Notes under the pieces: model-generated
What the model saw: only the letters and a program-made list of their open reading frames with translations
Told to the model about the DNA's origin: nothing
The model's database searches: none
Made by a program: the position numbers and the translations under genes
Assembly: GCA_963726455.1 (NCBI GenBank)
Contig: CAVSCK010000005.1
Coordinates: forward strand, 192,001 to 256,000
Reading direction: 5' to 3'
DNA from: an uncultured bacterium
GTDB taxonomy: Bacteria; Zixibacteria; MSB-5A5; CAIYYT01
DNA: 64,000 nucleotides
Part shown: piece after piece, positions 37,308 to 47,436 of the stretch
How positions within the stretch are numbered: position 1 is the stretch's first letter
How the letters are laid out: every line of letters begins with the position of its first letter

Positions 37308-40300
37308 ATGAAGAGACAGTTAACGATTCTAATGTTGGGGCTGGTGATAGCAATTGCCGCAATTGGAAACAGTGCAACCATTCGTGTACCCGCGGACCAG
37401 CCGTCAATACAGGCCGGTATCGACGCAGCGGCCGATGGAGATACGGTACTGGTAGCGGCGGGAACGTACGATGAGAACCTGGTAATCTCCGGCACGACAA
37501 CTTTGCTCTCCGAAGCAGGTTACGCTGCGACTTATATACAACCTCAAGTTAGCACTAGCAGACTTGTGCAGGGAAGTGGAAGTCTCACGATAAAAGGATT
37601 TACGTTCCGAAACTGTAATTCGGATTACGGCCTCTACTTTTCCCAGTGCCTTCTCCGTTTCCAGGACAACCTAGTGTCCAATATGCGCACTACCTGGGCT
37701 CCGATGCTGGTCTGGCAGGATTCCTACGCAGATTCAAATTGCTTGGTGGAACGCTGCAAGTTCTATAACAATGCGGCAGGCGGTTCGAGTAACACGGCCG
37801 CACTTTGTCTGATGGATATGAACAAGCCAAGTCTGATTTCAGAATGCGACTTTCATTCTAATTCCGGACAGTATGGTGGAGGAGTCACCCTCTGGAACGC
37901 AAAACAGGCGACAATCGTAAGATGCCTGTTTTACGATAATACTGTGAGCAGAAATGGTAGTGCAGTAAGTGGGGGCGGTTCGGGCGACGTAGTAAATTGC
38001 ACTGTATACAAGAATCGCGCCACTGGTGACGGCGTGGCACTCCATAATCTCGGACTGGTCAAGAATAGCATAATTGCGTCTAATCTTGGTTGGGGCATAA
38101 CCGCACAGATAGCCGATTACAACGATGTATGGGACAACACCATTCTGGACTACGGTTGGGACATGACGCCCGGGGCCCACGACATATCCGCCGACCCTCA
38201 GTTCCTAGATACCGCCGCCCACGATTTTCGCATATCGTCAGTTTCGCCATGTCGCAATGCCGGCGACCCTGCGCTTCAATACAACGACCCCGATGGGACG
38301 AGAAATGATATGGGAGCCCTCTGGAACGATCCGCAGCAGCCGTATGTCTCCAATATGGGTTTTGGGCCTTCCGGCAACGGTGACGAGCTTAACAGTCAGC
38401 CGCCCGTGATATTCTGGCACCTAAATGACTCGCTGTCGGCCCAATCGACGCAATACCATGTTGAAGTCGGAATCGACGAGGACTGGACAACACCTGAAAT
38501 GTGGGATAGCGGCGAGTTAGTTTCCTCTGACTCAAGTGCGCTCTACGCAGGCATTTCGTTCGAAGATCATCGTTATTACTTCTTGCGGATCAGAGTAAGC
38601 AACGGGTCGTCATGGGGAGATTGGGTTAGTTTCAGGTTCCACACGCGCTTCAAGTCGATTGTGCATGTCCCTGCTGATCTGCCGACAATTCAGCAGGGAA
38701 TTGATGCGACAGAGGATGGCGACACGGTGTTGGTTGGGCCGGGAATATATAATGAAAACATCGATCTGCGTGAAAAGAGAGTCACGGTCTTATCCTCCGG
38801 AGGGCGTGACAGCACAGTCATCCGGGCATTCGACGGATATCGGCCGATAATCACGATTCAGTCGGGACAGGACACCACATGCGTTGTTGATGGGTTTACC
38901 GTCCAGAATACAATTAATGCCTCTGGAATATGGATCTATCTAGCCAGTCCCGTCATCCGAAACTGTGACGTCAATAGCTGCGTATTCCCCAGCGATGGGG
39001 GCGGAATCGATGTCTTGTATTCCAGCGGCATCGTCGAAAACAATCGTATACATCACAACCAAGGGGGAAATACTGGCGGTGGAATTCGTGCTCATGGCGG
39101 GAACCCGGATCCCTTGCGAATCAGGGGAAACGAAATCTACCTGAACAACGCCGCCAATGGTCCGGGAATCGGGTGTCCCGACGGCAGTAATCTTCTTATT
39201 GAACGAAACGTCCTTTATCAAAATATGTCAGCCGGAAGCGTGGGAGCGGCTATCTACGCTAACGGGACTGACAACCGGATAATCAACAACACGGTGGTGG
39301 GGAATTCCAACGGCATCATGTTGCTCAATGGAGCGAGGAGTGACGTCAGAAACAATATCATCGTGCTCAATTTTGGTGCGGGGCTAGCAACCGATTTGGC
39401 CACTTTCGATTACAATGACGTCTGGAGCAACGGATGGTCCAACACGCAAAGTCCTCACGCGATTTCAAGCGATCCGCAGTTTGTAAATCAAGCGTTGTGC
39501 GATTACAGGCTGCTCTCGACTTCTCCCTGCATTGATGCCGGTGATCCCGCCACACAATACAGTGATCCTGACGGTTCGAGAAACGACCTGGGGGCCCTTT
39601 GTTACATTCTGAAATATCCGCTTGCTCTAAATCGGGGATTCACTCAGGGTGACACATCTCATCTTATCGACCATGTTCCCACGTTCCGATGGTCATACCG
39701 CAGTACTTCGCCGGGAGGGCAACAGGCGTACCGGATCAGAGTCGGAACAAACTGGACCAGTAGCGATGTTTGGGATGGTGACATGGTGTCGAGTGCTGAC
39801 TCGTCGGCGGTCTACGCTGGAAATCCGCTTGTTGACGGCCACAGGTATTTTGCGGGGATTCGGGTGTACGACGGAGTCACTTGGGGTGACTGGAGCCCGC
39901 TCACTTTTCGCATGAACAGTAAACCGGAGGTACCTGTACTCATTACCCCAATGACCGGAGCGCCTGTTACGAGTCAGCAGCCTACTTTGACTATCGTCAA
40001 TACCAGCGATGCCGAGCAGGACAGTCAGTTGTGCACCTTCGAAGTCTCGCCGGACAGCTTTACCGCGGTCGTCTATACATTCCCCAGGAAACCGAGTGGA
40101 AGCTCAACCACTTCCATTGTTGTGGACTCGTCTCTTACCGAAAACGCCAAATACTGGTGGCGCGTGAAGGCAAGCGACTATTATGAAGAGTCGGCGTACT
40201 CGGAAATCAGAACGTTCTATGTCAATACGGTCAACACTCCGCCGGCGGCGTTTGCGCTGAGCAACCCACCGGACACGGTCGCCGAGCCGTTGGTAACACT

Positions 40301-40748
40301 CCTGCCTCAGTTTACCTGGGCGGCAGCGGCAGACCCTGATCCTTATGATACAGTTTCGTATACCCTCTACCTCGCCACCGATCCACATTTCAACTTTGTA
40401 AAGCCGACGGCCGGGCTCAGGTCGACTTCATACGATTTGGCAGATTCTTTGACCTGGGGCACCCGTTACTGGTGGAAGGTCAGAGCCAATGATCGATCCG
40501 GTGATTCTACTTGGTCGACTCGGGTGTTTTCGTGCCGGACGACTACTCTGGGAGATGCAGACGGGGATGGCTTCGTCACGTTATCCGATGTGGTGTTCTT
40601 GATAAACTACATATTCGCAAATGGAGTCCCTCCCGATCCGATGTCTGCGGGCGATTCGAATTGCGACGGGCTGGTAAACTTGTCCGATGCGGTATATCTG
40701 ATCAACTACATCTTCCGGGAGGGGGCGGCTCCTTGCGCAGTTTTCTAG
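37308..40748 (+). CDS. Large secreted protein: two beta-helix modules, FN3/Ig-like domains, C-terminal dockerin
   Basis: Duplicated VPAD.P(S/T)IQ.GIDA..DGDTVLV and SPC..AGDP...DPDG.RND.GA; YWW(R/K)V(K/R)A; GDADGDGFVTLSDVVFL. Confidence 0.9.
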   Translation: MKRQLTILMLGLVIAIAAIGNSATIRVPADQPSIQAGIDAAADGDTVLVAAGTYDENLVISGTTTLLSEAGYAATYIQPQVSTSRLVQGSGSLTIKGFTFRNCNSDYGLYFSQCLLRFQDNLVSNMRTTWAPMLVWQDSYADSNCLVERCKFYNNAAGGSSNTAALCLMDMNKPSLISECDFHSNSGQYGGGVTLWNAKQATIVRCLFYDNTVSRNGSAVSGGGSGDVVNCTVYKNRATGDGVALHNLGLVKNSIIASNLGWGITAQIADYNDVWDNTILDYGWDMTPGAHDISADPQFLDTAAHDFRISSVSPCRNAGDPALQYNDPDGTRNDMGALWNDPQQPYVSNMGFGPSGNGDELNSQPPVIFWHLNDSLSAQSTQYHVEVGIDEDWTTPEMWDSGELVSSDSSALYAGISFEDHRYYFLRIRVSNGSSWGDWVSFRFHTRFKSIVHVPADLPTIQQGIDATEDGDTVLVGPGIYNENIDLREKRVTVLSSGGRDSTVIRAFDGYRPIITIQSGQDTTCVVDGFTVQNTINASGIWIYLASPVIRNCDVNSCVFPSDGGGIDVLYSSGIVENNRIHHNQGGNTGGGIRAHGGNPDPLRIRGNEIYLNNAANGPGIGCPDGSNLLIERNVLYQNMSAGSVGAAIYANGTDNRIINNTVVGNSNGIMLLNGARSDVRNNIIVLNFGAGLATDLATFDYNDVWSNGWSNTQSPHAISSDPQFVNQALCDYRLLSTSPCIDAGDPATQYSDPDGSRNDLGALCYILKYPLALNRGFTQGDTSHLIDHVPTFRWSYRSTSPGGQQAYRIRVGTNWTSSDVWDGDMVSSADSSAVYAGNPLVDGHRYFAGIRVYDGVTWGDWSPLTFRMNSKPEVPVLITPMTGAPVTSQQPTLTIVNTSDAEQDSQLCTFEVSPDSFTAVVYTFPRKPSGSSTTSIVVDSSLTENAKYWWRVKASDYYEESAYSEIRTFYVNTVNTPPAAFALSNPPDTVAEPLVTLLPQFTWAAAADPDPYDTVSYTLYLATDPHFNFVKPTAGLRSTSYDLADSLTWGTRYWWKVRANDRSGDSTWSTRVFSCRTTTLGDADGDGFVTLSDVVFLINYIFANGVPPDPMSAGDSNCDGLVNLSDAVYLINYIFREGAAPCAVF

Positions 40749-40855
40749 CGCGTCGTATTTGGCCGGATGATGAACACACTCGCCGATGCGGACGCGTGCT
40801 CTGGCAAGGCGTGAGGAGAATTTCTGAGGAATTGTCGGGGAGGAAATAGCTAAGA

Positions 40856-42518
40856 ATGCTAATTGCGAGGAAGGGGCAGATCAAGGGGATAGTCTTTGCG
40901 CTGGGGTTCATCCTGTGCTTATCGGCGCTGGCAGTGGCGGACAATGGCGTGCTGCAATTCAGCAGCTACTTCGGCGGTAATGCGAATGACAATATCACTG
41001 ATGTTGTAATCAATCAGCCGGGTGATATCTACCTCACCGGCTTTACCTATTCAGATAACTTTCCCTTGGTGAGACCGATGCAGGACTGGCGCCGGGCCGA
41101 GTGTGATATCATTATTGCCAGGCGAGCTGCAAACGGGGACACGTTGATCTTCAGCACTTATTTTGGTGGCAACGGCAACGACCAGGCATCAGCAATGGCA
41201 CTTGATGATTTCGGAAATATCTGGATTACCGGAACCACCGCGTCCAGTGACTTCCCCACCACTGCACCGCTGCAAGAACATCTACGTGGTACCAGCGATG
41301 CGTTCGTGCTTTGCATCAGCAGCGATGGAGACTCAGTGCTGTTTGCCAGCTACCTGGGTGGCAGCGAAAACGAAAGCGGAATTGATATCGCAATTGACCG
41401 GAATGGTTACGTGTATGTACTCGGCAACACTAACTCGCGGGATCTGCCGGTGTCGAACGCGTTAGTCGACACGCTTGCCGGCGCCGCCAACGACGTCTTT
41501 GTCCTCAAAATGCGTATGTCCGACAGAGCGATACGATACGTGACCTACTTCGGCGGCAGCGGCTCAGAATACGCTGCGGCCCTGACCGTCGACGAAGCGG
41601 GCTCGGTGTACTTCACCGGCAATACAGTCTCGCTGGACCTGTCGCTCGTTAATCAATATGACGACACCTTGAGCGGTGGAATCGACATCTTCCTCGCCGG
41701 CATCGATTCCACCGGAAGCCAGTTGCTTTTGTCAACGTATCTGGGAGGCGCATTCGATGATTTTCCGCAGGCGCTGACGGTTTCCCCTGACGGCAAATTG
41801 CTGGTCGCCGGGAGGATCCTTCTCGGCTGATTTTCCGACTATGACAGAGTTGTCAGATTCGTGCGCCTCATGCCCGATGCAGTCGGATGGTTATGTGACG
41901 GCGCTAGAAAAAACAACCGGAGTGTTGCAGTTCAGCACCTACTTCGGCGGGCAAGGCGAAGACGTCGTGCGCGCGGTTGCTGCCACTACGTCCCAAGGTG
42001 TAGTCCTGATTTCGGGATGGACTACGTCGACGGATTTTCCGTTGGCTTCGCCTTTGACGTATGGTCCGGCGGGCATGGCTGACGCGTTTGTTGCGATAAT
42101 CGATGCCGCAGGAAGCACCGTCCGATTCTCAACTTTGTTCGGCGGCGAGAATAATGATGAAGCGGTCGCCTTATCGGTTGTCGGTAGTGCGATTGTCATA
42201 GCGGGCAAGACGCGCTCGAACGATTTACCCATTCAGAATCCTTTGCAGCAACATTTCGGAGGCGGCCCCTGGGATGGCTTTGTGACTCGCATTGACATTG
42301 ATGACAACTCGCTGTGCGGTGATTTTGACCGTTCGCAGGATATCGATATTGCGGACGTAGTCTATATGGTGCGCTACATTTTTGCCGACGGGAATCCTCC
42401 ACTGGACAGCCGGAAGGGCGACGTCGACTGTGACGGCGCGCCAACGCTATCGGACGCGGTGTATCTCATTACCTACATTTTCGGCGATGGCATGGCACCT
42501 TGTGCAAACTGTCAATAA
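40856..42518 (+). CDS. SBBP beta-propeller repeat protein with dockerin, split by a frameshift at about 41815
   Basis: Repeats FSTYFGG...G.T.S.DFP in both ORFs (40856..41830, 41841..42518); CGDFDRSQDIDIADVVY dockerin. Confidence 0.85.
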
Positions 42519-42520
42519 AC

Positions 42521-42578
42521 AGATTGCTTCGTCGCTCCCCTCAACCACGCCTTTCCCCACCTCGCTCCTCGCAATGAC
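42521..42578. repeat. Small intergenic palindromic repeat (GTCATTGCGAG...GAAGCAATC type)
   Basis: AGATTGCTTCGTCGC...GCTCCTCGCAATGAC between convergent genes. Confidence 0.5.
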
Positions 42579-42640
42579 GATGCGAGAGAGATGGATTTAT
42601 ATAAGTACAATTGAGATGCGATCGGCTGTCTGGCTACTTG

Positions 42641-44815
42641 TTACTGGCGGACGGGACGGAGCTTGGCGTACTTCGCGAGGAGCTTCTTGGTCCCGGCAAA
42701 TATGAAGCGGACTTCAACCTCGGTGCCGTCGCCGGATCCGGAGCGCCCTACAACCGAACCCTCGCCCCAGCGGGGATGATATACTATTGAGCCGACGCGC
42801 AGGAATGTGTAAGGATCGTCAGCATCGGCGAAATCTGACAGCGTGTATGCGGCGTTGATGTTGCCGTGAGCATCGACGACTGTATAGCGCACCGTATCGA
42901 GAACCTCGTCAGGGATTTCGTCGAGGAAACGCGAGCGGAAAGTCTGCTTGTTGCCAAAGCGCGCACGATGCATCGCATAGGTTATAGTCAGCCGTGATTT
43001 GGCGCGCGTCATGCCGACGTAGAAGAGCCGGCGTTCTTCTTCGAGTTTGGCGTCGTCGTCCAGACTGCGCGAAATGGGAAACAAACCGTCCTCCAGGCCG
43101 GTGATAAAGACGGAATCGAACTCCAGCCCTTTGGCGCCATGCAGCGTCATCAACGTAACCGCGTCGCTCTGGCGATCATAGTCATCAAGGTCAGTGTAAA
43201 GTGAGATTTCCTGCAGAAAAGTCGAGACGGATGCCTCGGCGTTTTCCTGCGCATACTCGGTACCGGAACCAATCAACTCTTCAACGTTTTCCAGCCGGGC
43301 TTCACTTTCGACCGGATCGAGCGACTTGAGCTCTGCGGTGATGCCGCTTTTGTCGGCGACGAGTTGCATTAGCTGTCCGAGCGGCAACTTTCCGGCGACT
43401 TTGGTGAAATAGTCAATCACTTGCGCGAATTTGGCAAGTTTACCGGCCGCGCCCGCCGGGATAAAGTCGAGTTGTTCGGGACGCGAGATCAGCTCGAGCA
43501 GCGAACGGGACAGTTCATTGGCTTTCGCTTCCAACTGCGCCAGGGTTGCCTCACCCAGCCCACGCTTGGGGTAGTTGACGACCCGTCGGAAACTGACGTC
43601 ATCGTTGGGATTATCGATCAGCTTCAGGTAAGCGAGCAAGTCTTTGATCTCTTTGCGCTGATAGAAACGGATACCGCCGACGATCTTGTATGGGATAAAG
43701 CGCCGTTTGAGCGATTCTTCCAGCGCGCGCGACTGGGCATTGGTGCGATATAGAATCGCGATTTCGCTACGGGGAATGTTGCAGCGAATCTGATCCTCGA
43801 GTCGCTGCGCCACGCGTTCGGCCTCATCTGCGTCGCTTTCGGTTATCAACAGCACCAGCGATTCACCTTTGTCACCGACCGAGAACAAGGTCTTGCCCTT
43901 GCGCATCCGGTTATTGGCGACCACAGTGGAGGCGGCCTTGAGAATGGTCTGCGTAGACCGATAGTTCTGCTCCAGCCGGATGATCTTGCAGTCGGGAAAA
44001 TCGTGCTCGAAGTTCAGGATGTTGTTAATGTTGGCGCCGCGCCAGCCGTAAATCGATTGATCCTCATCACCGACGGCAAAGATGTTTTTGTGCGCCTGAG
44101 ATAGAATCTTGGCAATCAAGTATTGCGGCTTGTTGGTGTCCTGATACTCGTCGATCAAGAGGTAACGATACTTCTGCTGCAAGCGCGACCTGATCTCGGA
44201 ATCCTGTTGCAGCAATTTGACGGAATTGACAAGCAAGTCGTCGAAATCGAGAGCTCCGGCGGCTTTGAGTTTCTTCTCGTAGCGCGCATATACCTCGGCG
44301 ATCTTCTTGAAGTCGGAACTATAAGCGGTCTTGGCAAACTCTTCCGGACCGACCAGCTCGGTTTTGGCATCGGAAATTCGGTCACGCACGAGTCCGGCAG
44401 TAATCTTCTTGCTGTCGATTTTCAATTCGGTCAGACAGGCCTTGGCAGCGCTCTGGGCGTCGTCCTCGTCGTAAATGGTATAGTTGTGCGGCAGTCCGAT
44501 ACGGTCGCCATACATGCGTAACAGGAGGGCCGAAAAGGAATGGAAGGTCGACACTTGCATGCGCGAGCCGCTGACATCGACCATGCGTTCGATGCGCGCC
44601 TTCATTTCACCGGCGGCTTTGTTCGTGAAGGTCACCGCCAGGATCTGTTCGGGAGCGGCACGGCCGGTGTCGATCAGGTAGGCAACGCGGCTGGTGAGCA
44701 CGCGCGTTTTGCCGCTGCCGGCGCCCGCCAGCACCAACAATGGCCCATCGCCATAGGTAACTGCCTCGAGTTGCGGTGGATTAAGTCCCGCGAGGATTTT
44801 GTCTTGACCGGTCAT
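42641..44815 (-). CDS. pcrA: ATP-dependent DNA helicase PcrA/UvrD
   Basis: AGAGSGKT, TFTNKAA, DEYQDTN, LEQNYRS, TLHGAKGLEF, EERRLFYVGMTRA. Confidence 0.96.
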   Translation of the reverse strand: MTGQDKILAGLNPPQLEAVTYGDGPLLVLAGAGSGKTRVLTSRVAYLIDTGRAAPEQILAVTFTNKAAGEMKARIERMVDVSGSRMQVSTFHSFSALLLRMYGDRIGLPHNYTIYDEDDAQSAAKACLTELKIDSKKITAGLVRDRISDAKTELVGPEEFAKTAYSSDFKKIAEVYARYEKKLKAAGALDFDDLLVNSVKLLQQDSEIRSRLQQKYRYLLIDEYQDTNKPQYLIAKILSQAHKNIFAVGDEDQSIYGWRGANINNILNFEHDFPDCKIIRLEQNYRSTQTILKAASTVVANNRMRKGKTLFSVGDKGESLVLLITESDADEAERVAQRLEDQIRCNIPRSEIAILYRTNAQSRALEESLKRRFIPYKIVGGIRFYQRKEIKDLLAYLKLIDNPNDDVSFRRVVNYPKRGLGEATLAQLEAKANELSRSLLELISRPEQLDFIPAGAAGKLAKFAQVIDYFTKVAGKLPLGQLMQLVADKSGITAELKSLDPVESEARLENVEELIGSGTEYAQENAEASVSTFLQEISLYTDLDDYDRQSDAVTLMTLHGAKGLEFDSVFITGLEDGLFPISRSLDDDAKLEEERRLFYVGMTRAKSRLTITYAMHRARFGNKQTFRSRFLDEIPDEVLDTVRYTVVDAHGNINAAYTLSDFADADDPYTFLRVGSIVYHPRWGEGSVVGRSGSGDGTEVEVRFIFAGTKKLLAKYAKLRPVRQ

Positions 44816-44883
44816 GGGCTGCCCAATATACTTCGCGGCAGTCGCTTAACAAGCGAAACTTGAGGCCACGAAGTGATAACGTC

Positions 44884-45654
44884 ATGAAGATTACTCACGG
44901 TAAACGTCCAAACGATTTCTACGAACAGTTAGCGCCATTGTATCATCTCAAAGTCGATTGGGAGAAACGACTGCCGAAAGAGACGCCACTGTTTGATTTC
45001 CTGTTTTCGAAGGGCGATATCGCGGCCGTTTGCGATCTCGGTTGCGGCGATGGCGGACATGCAGGCGAAATTGCCGGTCGCGGCGCAATGTATTTTGGCA
45101 TCGACAATTCCGCGGAAATGATCAAGACAGCCAAGCGCCATTACCAGAAAATGAAGGGAATTCAATTCCTCAAAAGCGACATGCTGCAAGTCCCGGCGAT
45201 ATACAATCGCATGTTTGATGTTGTCCTGCTTCTGGGAAACACCTTGCCGCACATGCTGACTGACGCGGATATGAAGAAGCTGTTCGCGGCTGCGCACAGA
45301 TTGCTTGGGCCACATGGACGGTTCATTATTCAGTCGGTCAATCCGGGCAAACTGAAATCGGAGCCGGTACATTTCCTGCCGCCGAAGCTGGCGGAGAAAC
45401 GTGTCCTGTTCACGCCGTTGTATGTAAGGCAGCGCGAAGCGTGGGACTTCCTCATGCCCATTTATGTCCTCGAGGAAGGGCGGCTGAAATCGCATTCGGT
45501 GCTGAGAACAAGACTGAGATTCTGGACGCGGTCGGAAGTGGTCAACTTCGCGGGGACCAAATTCCGGTTAAGGCAGACTTTCGGCGACGCGCAATTGTCG
45601 CCGTACCACAGTAAACGTTCGGAGAATATGATCTTGACTCTGGAGCGAATCTGA
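44884..45654 (+). CDS. Class I SAM-dependent methyltransferase
   Basis: VCDLGCGDG, GIDNSAEM, LGNTLPH. Confidence 0.85.
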   Translation: MKITHGKRPNDFYEQLAPLYHLKVDWEKRLPKETPLFDFLFSKGDIAAVCDLGCGDGGHAGEIAGRGAMYFGIDNSAEMIKTAKRHYQKMKGIQFLKSDMLQVPAIYNRMFDVVLLLGNTLPHMLTDADMKKLFAAAHRLLGPHGRFIIQSVNPGKLKSEPVHFLPPKLAEKRVLFTPLYVRQREAWDFLMPIYVLEEGRLKSHSVLRTRLRFWTRSEVVNFAGTKFRLRQTFGDAQLSPYHSKRSENMILTLERI

Positions 45655-45655
45655 G

Positions 45656-46480
45656 ATGCCGGAACTCCCCGAAGTCGAAACGATTGTCCGCGGACTTAAC
45701 CGCACGATCGCTGGTTGCACCGTTGAACAAATTCGTTACGCCGCACCGCACCTGTTGAAACGCGAACCGAAGCTGCGTAGCTTGGCGGGCGATACTTTCG
45801 AGACATTCACAAGAAGAGGAAAATATATCGTCTCCAACTTGAAGTCGGGACGGCGGCTGATGATTCATCTTCGGATGAGTGGGCGGATTCTGATCGGAGA
45901 CGATCGCCACCGGCAGGACAAGCACGATCATTTAGAACTCAAGTTTCGTGGAGGACCAGAGACGCTGGTGTTTCGGGACGTGCGCAAATTTGGTGTGATT
46001 CAGTTCGTGGGCAAGGAGCAGCAGCGCACCCTTGACTCGCTGGGAATTGAGGCACCCGGAATCAAAGCGGATCAACTTGAAGCCCTGCTCGCCAAACGCA
46101 AACGGCCGATCAAATCGTTGCTGCTCGACCAGAACGTGATCGCCGGACTGGGAAATATTTACGTTGATGAATCGTTGTATCGCAGCCATATACATCCTTT
46201 GCGGCCGGCAGCATCACTGACGCCCGGCGAAATCGGGAAACTGGCGGAAGCGATTCGCTTTATAATGAAGCTTGCGATCAAGCACATGGGAACGACGTTT
46301 AACAGTTATTCTGGCGTAAATGGAGATACCGGACGGTTCCTCCGATACCTTAAAGTGTATCATCAAGAGGGAAGCCGGTGCGGGGTTTGCGGTACAACCA
46401 TAGAGAAGATCAAGGTCGGCGGACGAGGAACGCACTTCTGCCCTCGATGCCAGCGGGCTCCCCGACGCAGAAGACAATAA
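45656..46480 (+). CDS. mutM: Formamidopyrimidine-DNA glycosylase
   Basis: MPELPEVE, RRGKY, HLRMSG, GLGNIYVDE, C-terminal CxxC...CxxC zinc finger. Confidence 0.96.
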   Translation: MPELPEVETIVRGLNRTIAGCTVEQIRYAAPHLLKREPKLRSLAGDTFETFTRRGKYIVSNLKSGRRLMIHLRMSGRILIGDDRHRQDKHDHLELKFRGGPETLVFRDVRKFGVIQFVGKEQQRTLDSLGIEAPGIKADQLEALLAKRKRPIKSLLLDQNVIAGLGNIYVDESLYRSHIHPLRPAASLTPGEIGKLAEAIRFIMKLAIKHMGTTFNSYSGVNGDTGRFLRYLKVYHQEGSRCGVCGTTIEKIKVGGRGTHFCPRCQRAPRRRRQ

Positions 46481-46489
46481 GGAGTTGAC

Positions 46490-47392
46490 ATGCGCACACT
46501 GCTTTTCGCGCTAATAGTTTTGACAGCCACTGCATCAGCACAGTCGGTGGCGCCACAGGCATTGAACGAAACGATCAATCTGGCGCCAAGGTATCAGCGA
46601 GGGAATTCTCAGAAGTATAGTCTCGATATCGGTATATTCTTCCTGGATGATCAGGGTAGCCCGCGTGCCGTTAAGCACAATCGGATTGACTATACGCAGA
46701 TCTGCATGGCAAATAATGCCGACAGCGGACTGGTTTACGAAGTAACTATTGACTCGTTTTCGATCGGCAGCAAGGAACCTGCTGAGAAGCCTGATTACCA
46801 CGCCCGGTCGGTGGTGGACACGCTGATGGGACGGCACTTTCGGACACAATTCCGTTCCAAAATTCCGGTCGTCGGCAACTGCTATGACCTGGCTCTGCCG
46901 TTCACCCGGGGGTTTGCATTCGCCGAGGCCTACGAGTTAGTCGACGATTTCCTGTATGCAAAGCTGATCGAGCAGTTGCGCTATACCGTCGGCAGGCAAC
47001 TCAGTAAAGTCGGAGACACGGTGACAATAACCTGGCCGAAACCGATCTGTTACTCGATACCGAAAGTCATCAACGAGTCACGGATCGACCTAAAGCCGCT
47101 GAAACTTCAGCTTACCGGTCTGACAACTTTTCGTAACGAGCCGTGCGCGACCATTTCAATCGGCAGCACGATATCGCCCTACTCGGTAAAGATCTATTCC
47201 ACCGATACAAGTTCGGTCGATGCCGAAGGAACCTCGGAGCTACGAGGCGAATTCCTGGTATCGCTAGGCCGTGGAGAAATTGTCAATTTCAAGCTGAACA
47301 ACCGAGCTGAAACCAAGATTACGTTGCCTGACGGATCGACCAAGGATAACCGGGTTGTAATGAAATTCGAGCTCGCGCCGCGATACTGGTAA
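46490..47392 (+). CDS. Secreted hypothetical protein
   Basis: AAGGAG RBS, signal peptide, 300 aa. Confidence 0.75.
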   Translation: MRTLLFALIVLTATASAQSVAPQALNETINLAPRYQRGNSQKYSLDIGIFFLDDQGSPRAVKHNRIDYTQICMANNADSGLVYEVTIDSFSIGSKEPAEKPDYHARSVVDTLMGRHFRTQFRSKIPVVGNCYDLALPFTRGFAFAEAYELVDDFLYAKLIEQLRYTVGRQLSKVGDTVTITWPKPICYSIPKVINESRIDLKPLKLQLTGLTTFRNEPCATISIGSTISPYSVKIYSTDTSSVDAEGTSELRGEFLVSLGRGEIVNFKLNNRAETKITLPDGSTKDNRVVMKFELAPRYW

Positions 47393-47436
47393 CGTCGCCC
47401 CCGCGCTTGCAGAATAAGAAATTGGACCCGACAACT

